Assembly (NCBI GenBank): GCA_964392445.1 | Contig: CAYMPD010000002.1 | Span: forward strand, 30,382 to 94,381 | Reading direction: 5' to 3' | From: an uncultured archaeon | GTDB lineage: Archaea > Aenigmatarchaeota > Aenigmatarchaeia > CG10238-14 | Length of the DNA stretch: 64,000 nucleotides | In this document: positions 58,122 to 64,000 of the stretch, piece by piece | Layout: every line of letters begins with the position of its first letter | Numbering within the stretch: position 1 is the first letter of the stretch | Notes under the pieces: model-generated | The model's database searches: none | Told to the model about the DNA's origin: nothing | What the model saw: the letters and a program-made list of their open reading frames with translations, nothing else | Program-made: the position numbers and the translations under genes

Positions 58122-59486
58122 GTGTTTAGTGTAATGTACCCTAAGGTAACTAGTAAAAGGAAGGATTTCGAAGGTACTGAAAGATCACAGGTAGTTTATA
58201 AAAAAAGAAAATTGGTTTCAGGACAAAGAATTTTAAACGGAATTTTAACCGCTGTGATGGTTGGTACCTTACTTATTGGTTGTGGTTCTCCAAGAGAAAC
58301 GGTAAATATACCGAGTACTCCAACCCCATCCGTTTCAGTTACTCCTAAAGAAGATTTTAATGTAACTCCTTACCCACGTGTGAATTTATTTGATGATGTT
58401 TATTCTCAAGAAACTTTAAGTTATGAGCCCCCTAAAGGCGTAGGAATTGATCAAACATTATTAAATATATTTGATAGAATGAATTTGGGGGTTAATGAAA
58501 GAGGTGCTACTTTCGATCAAATTAGACATTCCAATACAATTACAAGGGTTGTTGCTGACAATGGAAACACTTATGATGGAGAAGTTATTAATATACCCTT
58601 ATCTGGGGGAAGGGGTTCTTTCAATATTTACAGAGTATATAATCCTAATGGTGATGATATTTGGTTATATCCCGATCTTCGAGTAGGTGGTCCAGGGGCA
58701 ACTGTTACTTTGACTCCAACACCCATCCCACCCACTTCCACACCTCAACCTACTGAAGTTCCACCCACTAACACACCCCCACCAACAACTATTCCACCCA
58801 CTTCCACACCTCAACCTACTGAAGTTCCACCCACTAACACACCCCCACCAACAACTATTCCACCCACTTCCACACCTCAACCTACTGAAGTTCCACCCAC
58901 TATTAACACCTCAAATGTTCATGTTGCAATAGAAAATTTAAGAGAAAGGGGAATTAATATGCGATTATATGTAGTCTCTTCAAGTTCAGAGGACGTTTTC
59001 AAGGTTATATATGATGACTTGAGAAGGAGAAATTTTATCGCTACCACGGGTCCAGATGAAGGGATTGATACTAGAGGTGTGTCAGGTTGTCCCTATTGTA
59101 TATTTGTTCCGGACTACAGTGTAAATAGTAGATCAGTGGCATCTTGGGAAAGAATAATTCAACACGAAGCATGGCACTCTTTACAAGTTGCTAATAATCC
59201 AGATTTAGCCTACCATTTTAGAGGAGAGAGTGAAGGATTAAATACCAGATTTGGTGTATATGCTAGATTTCAGGAATGTTGTGCTGAAGTTTTCGGTTGT
59301 CAGGTCGCTGCTGGATTCTACCATCCCGACAATTTAAGATTATTAATGAATCGGATGCCAGAACAAGAAGATTTAATATTAGCTGCCTGTAGTGGAAATA
59401 GAGATGCCTATTTTAGATTAAAGGATTTGTATAATGATGCTCAAGGGGACAACGCTTTTCAAAATCTATTCCCCCCCTATAATTAA
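58122..59486 (+). CDS. Secreted lipoprotein-type putative zinc metallopeptidase with Pro/Thr-rich tandem repeats
   Basis: A lipobox-like segment LLIGCGS follows an N-terminal hydrophobic segment. PT-rich repeats PTSTPQPTEVPPTNTPPPTTIP occur about 2.6 times. The C-terminal domain carries an HExxH motif (IIQHEAWHSL). Confidence 0.55.
   Translation: MFSVMYPKVTSKRKDFEGTERSQVVYKKRKLVSGQRILNGILTAVMVGTLLIGCGSPRETVNIPSTPTPSVSVTPKEDFNVTPYPRVNLFDDVYSQETLSYEPPKGVGIDQTLLNIFDRMNLGVNERGATFDQIRHSNTITRVVADNGNTYDGEVINIPLSGGRGSFNIYRVYNPNGDDIWLYPDLRVGGPGATVTLTPTPIPPTSTPQPTEVPPTNTPPPTTIPPTSTPQPTEVPPTNTPPPTTIPPTSTPQPTEVPPTINTSNVHVAIENLRERGINMRLYVVSSSSEDVFKVIYDDLRRRNFIATTGPDEGIDTRGVSGCPYCIFVPDYSVNSRSVASWERIIQHEAWHSLQVANNPDLAYHFRGESEGLNTRFGVYARFQECCAEVFGCQVAAGFYHPDNLRLLMNRMPEQEDLILAACSGNRDAYFRLKDLYNDAQGDNAFQNLFPPYN
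58731..58926 (+). repeat. Perfect 66-bp tandem repeat (about 2.6 copies) inside the metalloprotease gene
   Basis: The unit cccacttccacacctcaacctactgaagttccacccactaacacacccccaccaacaactattcca is repeated head-to-tail at 58731, 58797 and 58863, all identical. Confidence 0.85.
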
Positions 59487-59579
59487 ATAGATAATATTGT
59501 AAACTTTTTTCAGACTAAAATTGTTCAGAAGCTAGAATTAAGCATACTTTTTAGGCAATGTTCAATACTTAAGTTCTAA

Positions 59580-59738
59580 CGCCGAGGTAGGGATTTGAAC
59601 CCTAACGTTCCGAAGAACACTGGATTTCCTTCGGTTCACCTCCTTGTCCATCATCCTAATGTCAGGGTCAAGCCATCTTCCACATCGAAAGCGAACAGCC
59701 TCAAGTCCAGCGCATTTGCCAGATTCTGCCACCTCGGC
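59580..59738 (-). tRNA. tRNA-Ser (anticodon UGA) with a 74-nt intron in the anticodon loop
   Basis: The acceptor stem is GCCGAGG/CCTCGGC with discriminator G. The anticodon stem CTGGA/TCCAG is split by the intron at 59626-59699, at the canonical 37/38 position. A long variable arm (GTTCTTCGGAAC) is typical of class II Ser tRNA. The T-arm is TAGGG-TTCAAAT-CCCTA. The mature length is about 85 nt. Confidence 0.7.
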
Positions 59739-59783
59739 TCTTTAAAGAATAATAGAAGTATTATGTTTTTATAAACTTTAGCT

Positions 59784-60068
59784 TTATTGTAATTTTAACA
59801 AATTATATGCTTTTCTTAGATCTTTTCTCAATTTTCCTGGAACCCGTTTTATTAACTTAGAATTATGGGTGACAATACCGAGTTCTTCCATATCTTCAAG
59901 AATTCTAGGTAAGTAAGTTTTTACAAATTTAGGACTGCTGCAATACATTCTAAAGGCTTTGTCCCTTAGATCCTCATATAAAATTCCCTGTGGTGGGATA
60001 AGAGAAACAACTCTCTCCACTACACATTGATAAGCGGTAGGTAAGAAGCTAGAATATCTTAATCTCAT
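59784..60068 (-). CDS. Hypothetical small basic protein (possible winged helix)
   Basis: 94-aa ORF adjacent to the 5' end of tRNA-Ser. Confidence 0.3.
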   Translation of the reverse strand: MRLRYSSFLPTAYQCVVERVVSLIPPQGILYEDLRDKAFRMYCSSPKFVKTYLPRILEDMEELGIVTHNSKLIKRVPGKLRKDLRKAYNLLKLQ

Positions 60069-60130
60069 TGTAGATATGGTAATAATTCTCCAAGTTTAAA
60101 TAACCCTAAAGCTCGATTTATCACTATATC

Positions 60131-60562
60131 TTAACTGTCTATAACATTAAGATTGTCTATTTTCTTAAAATCTTTATCAAAAGTTGCCATATTCTTTATC
60201 CCATATGTAAGAGCTAGTATTATATTTGTACAATCAGTAAAACTCATCTTTAGTTTTTTGAATAAATCCCACGACATTTGGAATACAGGAGCACTAACAT
60301 TTAACATATAGGTAGAATTAATTATTTTTTCTCCTAATTTTACAGTAGTCTTCTTAGATTTTGTCTTTACTAGGCAAACAGTTACGGATTCATCAAAAAC
60401 ATAATCAGACGTTATTGCTTCACCATACTTATCCTTATCAAATATATCTTCAATAATTTTCTTAGCTTTTCGGTGATTCTGATCTCTTTCATTAAAATAG
60501 GATATGAAAACGTTAGTGTCTATGAATATCGCTATTTCAACCACCATAGAGAATATTATCAA
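60131..60562 (-). CDS. vapC: PIN-domain toxin (VapC-like)
   Basis: The N-terminus IFIDTNVFISY carries the conserved Asp. A conserved Asp also lies in the C-terminal DKDF region. The gene overlaps the upstream small gene. Confidence 0.65.
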   Translation of the reverse strand: MIIFSMVVEIAIFIDTNVFISYFNERDQNHRKAKKIIEDIFDKDKYGEAITSDYVFDESVTVCLVKTKSKKTTVKLGEKIINSTYMLNVSAPVFQMSWDLFKKLKMSFTDCTNIILALTYGIKNMATFDKDFKKIDNLNVIDS

Positions 60563-60764
60563 TTTCTTTACTAGTTTTTTCCGTTCCTGTTCCCCAATCT
60601 ATTGGTTTAAGTTCCAAGAATTTTTCCCTTTTTTTACTCTTACTTTCAACCCATTGATCTAGTGCCATAGTTAAGGCTTTACCTATAGTTAATCCCTCTT
60701 TAGTTACTTCTACTTTAAAATTTTCAAAAACTTTTTTATCAACATTTCTTACGCTAAGTTGCAT
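60537..60764 (-). CDS. vapB: VapB-like antitoxin (small DNA-binding protein) partnered with the PIN toxin
   Basis: 75 aa, immediately upstream of and overlapping the PIN gene by 26 nt. The N-terminal beta-strand DNA-binding-like segment is MQLSVRNVDKKVFENFK. Confidence 0.5.
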   Translation of the reverse strand: MQLSVRNVDKKVFENFKVEVTKEGLTIGKALTMALDQWVESKSKKREKFLELKPIDWGTGTEKTSKEIDNILYGG

Positions 60765-60809
60765 ATTTAATCACTATGTATTACTTGTATTACATGTATT
60801 TAAATCTTT

Positions 60810-61016
60810 CTAAAGTTCTATTTCATGCTTAAAATTACTCTTCTCAGCTTTTTTCAACTTCCAAGCATCATCTATCAGCATATCAGGAACATCTCCATCA
60901 AGTACAGGATAAGCTAGCTGACATTTCTCGCAAACAATAAACATATCTTTTCCCTCAACATCCCCTTTACACTTAGGACACGCTAAAATAGCCATAAGCT
61001 CTTTTGACACTGCCAT
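60810..61016 (-). CDS. Trm112-like zinc-ribbon protein (methyltransferase activator family)
   Basis: The segments LMAILACPKCKG…IVCEKCQLAYPVLDGDVPDML match the Trm112/UPF0434 signature. Confidence 0.6.
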   Translation of the reverse strand: MAVSKELMAILACPKCKGDVEGKDMFIVCEKCQLAYPVLDGDVPDMLIDDAWKLKKAEKSNFKHEIEL

Positions 61017-61020
61017 CCAA

Positions 61021-61884
61021 TCACTTATTACTTGGAATTTTACTAATAAATACTCTGTCCGTTTTAACCCGATTCTTACTTTTTGCTATCCCCAAAGCGA
61101 TTATTTTTCTTTTTTTTGAGAATATTCCAACATCTTCTCCTGGATTAACCTTATCTATTTTGATAATATCCCCTGGATTTATTGGTCCACCGTTTCTTAT
61201 TTTTGAAAGACTAGAATCTTTAATAACAACTCTTTTGATATCTAGAGATTCTTCAACGGGTATTAGAATTTTTCTAAGGTCTTCATCTTTACCCATTTCC
61301 CACTGCTTATAAGCTTTTTCGATTTCTTCAATTTCATAAGAATTTTTTATCGTGAATTTCCCTGTTTTTGTTCTTTTCAGGTATTTCATGTGTGCTCCTG
61401 TACCTAATTCTTTTCCCAAGTTATGAACGAGCTTTCTTATGTATGTTCCCGCTTCCACCTGAGTTTTAAAACTAACGTCTTTCCCATTTTTTTCTAGAAT
61501 ATCAAACGAATATACCTCCCTTCTTCTGGGCTTTCTTGCTACTCTGGATTTTACTGGTGGGATTTGAGTTATTTCTCCTAGGAAATTCTTTTGGATTACT
61601 TTCTCTATTTTTTCTTTCCCAATATCTTCGTGTAAATACATTATTCCTTCATATTCTTTATCCGATTTCATCAGGAATTTGAGAATCTTTGTTGCCTCAT
61701 CTAATGCTACTACTAATACTCCCCCGACCTTAGGATCCAGGGTTCCTGCATGCCCCGCTTTTTGTGCTTTGAAAAGTTCCCTGATTTTTTGATCTACGTC
61801 CTTTGATAATGGACCTGAGGGTTTGTTGACATTGATAACACTAAAGTGAATGAGTTCTTCGATAGTTCTTCTTGGAACTTTCAT
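61021..61884 (-). CDS. cbf5: tRNA/rRNA pseudouridine synthase Cbf5 (TruB family, with PUA domain)
   Basis: The catalytic-Asp motif is GHAGTLDP. The C-terminus is a PUA domain. The family and the gene neighbourhood (L14e and L34e nearby) are typical. Confidence 0.85.
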   Translation of the reverse strand: MKVPRRTIEELIHFSVINVNKPSGPLSKDVDQKIRELFKAQKAGHAGTLDPKVGGVLVVALDEATKILKFLMKSDKEYEGIMYLHEDIGKEKIEKVIQKNFLGEITQIPPVKSRVARKPRRREVYSFDILEKNGKDVSFKTQVEAGTYIRKLVHNLGKELGTGAHMKYLKRTKTGKFTIKNSYEIEEIEKAYKQWEMGKDEDLRKILIPVEESLDIKRVVIKDSSLSKIRNGGPINPGDIIKIDKVNPGEDVGIFSKKRKIIALGIAKSKNRVKTDRVFISKIPSNK

Positions 61885-61918
61885 AAGTATTAATTAGAAA
61901 ATTAAAAAGAAAAAGAAG

Positions 61919-62422
61919 TTACTTCTTCTTTTTTGAGGACTTTTTCTTGGCTTTCTTTGATTTTTTACTTGATTTCTTGGTCTTACTTTCTTCCTTCTTC
62001 GTTTTACTCTTCTTCTTTTTAGACTTTTTCGGTTTCTTCTTACTCTCTCCCTCTTTTTTCTCGGCCTTTTTAGCTTTTTTCTTCTCTACCTTCTTACTTT
62101 CTTTCTTTTCAACTTTCTTAGTTTTTCCAGCTTCTTTAACTACTTCTGGACTCGGTTTTTTTAACCCAAGTTTTTTGAGTAAACCTTCCTTTTCCAGAGC
62201 TTTTATCACTGTTTTATCTGATTCCTCTTTTTTAATATCAACTTTGTACTGTGTCGGTTCCAAATGTTCGACATTACATCTTCTTCTCTTAACACCAGTA
62301 AGAACCTTAGGCCCTGTTATTTGGACAAAATTGTCTTTTGGTTTAGTTAGAACCGTACAATATCTACCAGCCTCTCGACCAGCAATTTTCATAGCTACTC
62401 TTCCTACAGTAAGCGTCGCCAC
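61919..62422 (-). CDS. rpl14e: Ribosomal protein L14e (KOW) with a ~70-aa Lys-rich C-terminal extension
   Basis: The N-terminus VGRVAMKIAGREAGRYCTV matches KOW/L14e. The C-terminal tail is KK(x)KK-rich (…KKKAKKAEKKEGESKKKPKKSKKKKSKTKK…). Confidence 0.75.
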   Translation of the reverse strand: MATLTVGRVAMKIAGREAGRYCTVLTKPKDNFVQITGPKVLTGVKRRRCNVEHLEPTQYKVDIKKEESDKTVIKALEKEGLLKKLGLKKPSPEVVKEAGKTKKVEKKESKKVEKKKAKKAEKKEGESKKKPKKSKKKKSKTKKEESKTKKSSKKSKKAKKKSSKKKK

Positions 62423-62473
62423 CTACATCACCTCTACAATTAATTGATGAGAAAGAGTTATAAAGTTTACAAA

Positions 62474-62977
62474 TTAACTCTCCGCTCTCCTCACTAATAA
62501 TCTCCCATAAATAGCTAAAACTGAGAAGCATTCTAAAGCATCTTTGAGTGTTCCCATTCCTGTCGGTGTAAAATTAACCCCAGTAATCTCTCTCATCTCT
62601 TCCAATATAATAGGAATATTTTCAGCTACTTCCCATGCAACAAAACAAGATAAAAAAGTTACAATATGTGGTAAATATTTTTTTGGTAGTCTAGCTATTT
62701 CACGAGGACCTAAATTTATTGGAATATAACCGTGTTCATCTACTAACCCTGATTTTCTCATAGTAAAATCAACTCCAGAAATGAAGAAATATTCTACTAA
62801 TGGCCTTAAAGATTCATCTAAAGGTGTTCCATATTTGACTAAACCTGAATTCTGAGGATGTATATTATTAATAATATATCTAAAAGTACCGGCTGACATC
62901 CGAGCATAAGTATATGTTAAACCTAAATCCATTGCTCTCGTATAAATTTCTCTAGCTAATCTAAGTGGATTTCCCAT
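62474..62977 (-). CDS. Hypothetical protein, no P-loop, in the conserved r-protein neighbourhood
   Basis: 167-aa ORF between rpl14e and rpl34e. Cytidylate kinase is common at this position in archaea, but no Walker A motif is present here. Confidence 0.35.
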   Translation of the reverse strand: MGNPLRLAREIYTRAMDLGLTYTYARMSAGTFRYIINNIHPQNSGLVKYGTPLDESLRPLVEYFFISGVDFTMRKSGLVDEHGYIPINLGPREIARLPKKYLPHIVTFLSCFVAWEVAENIPIILEEMREITGVNFTPTGMGTLKDALECFSVLAIYGRLLVRRAES

Positions 62978-63047
62978 GTATTTACCCCTTCTTGAAAAGT
63001 TGCAAAATTAGATATTAATAAAGAAATTAAAACAACTTTTAAGCTTT

Positions 63048-63122
63048 CCTAACCTTCTCCCTAAATACTTCCCTCATACATTCAGAACAAAGATTCCCAC
63101 CATAAGGTCTTTCAGGTCTTCT
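63048..63122. repeat. 75-bp direct repeat, copy 1; a decayed duplicate of the rpl34e 3' end
   Basis: It is 100 % identical to 63646-63720 as read. On the minus strand it encodes …[27 protein letters not shown], preceded by a stop. That is an orphan gene-3' fragment. Confidence 0.8.
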
Positions 63123-63171
63123 AAGAATTAATAGTCATATATTTAAATCATTCAGATAATAATTAACTTAA

Positions 63172-63378
63172 GTGAGAAAAATGTCGAACATTACACTAGA
63201 AACAATTCATCAAGATTTAAACGAATTAAAAAAAGAGTTTTATGAACTTAAAATAGTCCTAGTTCAAGAACCAGAATTATCTGAAGATACGGTAAGAAGA
63301 ATAAATGAAGCTCGACAGAGAATGAAAACTGATTTTGTGAGTCATGAGGAAATGATGAAGGAGTTCGTTAATGGATGA
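63172..63378 (+). CDS. Small antitoxin-like protein (upstream partner of the RelE/ParE-like toxin)
   Basis: 68 aa, acidic and helical. Its stop overlaps the start of the downstream toxin gene (ATGA). Confidence 0.45.
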   Translation: MRKMSNITLETIHQDLNELKKEFYELKIVLVQEPELSEDTVRRINEARQRMKTDFVSHEEMMKEFVNG

Positions 63379-63635
63379 AATTCAAGGTCATCTGGGATAA
63401 AAAAGCTAGAGAATTCTTAAAGAAACAAGATAAACAAATTTCTTCGCGGGTAGTTAAAAAAGTAGATAAAATAAGAAAGGACCCAATAAAATTCCTAGAA
63501 CCTTTGGTATCTATTAAGAGTTACAAGCTAAGAGTTGGTAATTATAGAGTTATCATAGACGTAGATTGGGAAAAGAGAATCCTTTTTGTTGTATTAATAG
63601 ACCATCGGAAAAGAATATACAAGAGATCAAGATAA
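63375..63635 (+). CDS. RelE/ParE-family toxin
   Basis: 86 aa. The segment …YKLRVGNYRVIIDVDWEKRILFVVLIDHRKRIY matches the RelE/ParE beta-sheet core (…R.G.YR.IY…I..I..R…Y). Confidence 0.55.
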   Translation: MKFKVIWDKKAREFLKKQDKQISSRVVKKVDKIRKDPIKFLEPLVSIKSYKLRVGNYRVIIDVDWEKRILFVVLIDHRKRIYKRSR

Positions 63636-63636
63636 A

Positions 63637-63906
63637 TTAACTTCCCCTAACCTTCTCCCTAAATACTTCCCTCATACATTCAGAACAAAGATTCCCACCA
63701 TAAGGTCTTTCAGGTCTTCTTTGGGATTTAGGTAATTTCTTTAACTCAGATGGTCTTTTCCTAGGAACACCTTGAAGGGGTTTACCACATCTTGCACACT
63801 TAGCTATACTCGGTTTTTTCTTCTTATAATGAGTAACAGTTCTTCCTCCTGGAACCTTTTTCTGACTTCTCTTCAAACTTCTTGATCTTAATCTTCTCTT
63901 AACCAT
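63637..63906 (-). CDS. rpl34e: Ribosomal protein L34e
   Basis: Basic N-terminus. Zinc-ribbon CARCG…CSEC. Confidence 0.8.
   Translation of the reverse strand: MVKRRLRSRSLKRSQKKVPGGRTVTHYKKKKPSIAKCARCGKPLQGVPRKRPSELKKLPKSQRRPERPYGGNLCSECMREVFREKVRGS
63646..63720. repeat. 75-bp direct repeat, copy 2 (inside the 3' end of the intact rpl34e)
   Basis: Identical to 63048-63122. Confidence 0.8.
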
Positions 63907-64000
63907 CTAAAACCCCAGTATTTTTCTTAATACTAATCCTAATATAACCGAGCAGATTATATACCACATCAACCATGACAATCCCTTACCACCAATTAAA

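Noticed and set aside
58665-58880. 71-aa ORF 'MRCGSGWNSCWWGCVSGWNFSRLRCGSGW…' that looks like a Cys/Trp repeat peptide
   Set aside because: It is the antisense reading of the 66-bp tandem repeat. Its periodicity is an artefact of the repeat, not an independent gene.
62474-62977. Calling the gene between rpl14e and rpl34e cytidylate kinase, the usual archaeal neighbour
   Set aside because: No Walker A/P-loop (GxxGxGK[ST]) is present in the 167-aa product, so synteny alone does not support cmk.

Overview
This reads as an AT-rich archaeal chromosome segment. Archaeal signatures are a Hef helicase/nuclease, Cbf5, ribosomal proteins L14e and L34e, a tRNA with a long anticodon-loop intron, class-III (pilin-type) signal peptides, and 'GGAGGT' ribosome-binding sites ahead of some starts. 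Gene density and the large inventory of giant secreted proteins suggest a DPANN-like or symbiont-like lifestyle; that is inference.

The first ~27 kb is dominated by very large secreted or surface proteins. Several are right-handed beta-helix (pectin-lyase-fold) proteins with poly-Thr linkers, and they recur as paralogous cassettes. Three recurring elements are a novel 8-Cys C-terminal module of about 58 aa, a roughly 200-aa 'CxxCDYG...GRYAYxGWFY' domain present four times, and a 326-bp block that is 100 % identical between two otherwise ~80 % identical paralogs, pointing to recent gene conversion.

The middle of the window carries housekeeping genes. These include type IA topoisomerase, an MFS transporter, an archaeosortase-like protein, a DUF460 nuclease, a 2-oxoacid:ferredoxin oxidoreductase beta subunit, threonine synthase, a YchF-like GTPase, MetRS and a NurA-like nuclease. 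Hef is split into translationally coupled helicase and nuclease genes, and the nuclease carries a ~554-aa LAGLIDADG intein inserted directly after the catalytic ERK motif.

The last third contains a truncated IS (rve-family) transposase remnant and another giant Cys-rich protein with dockerin-like Ca-binding loops. A compositionally foreign, GC-rich island (~52.5-57.3 kb) follows, encoding a membrane-protein trio (double zinc-ribbon, SPFH/band-7-like, small TM) abutting a tRNA-Met/tRNA-Trp pair. Downstream are a metalloprotease lipoprotein with perfect 66-bp tandem repeats and a tRNA-Ser(UGA) with a 74-nt intron. Two toxin-antitoxin modules follow. The second is flanked by 75-bp perfect direct repeats that duplicate the 3' end of rpl34e.

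No rRNA genes or CRISPR arrays were seen.
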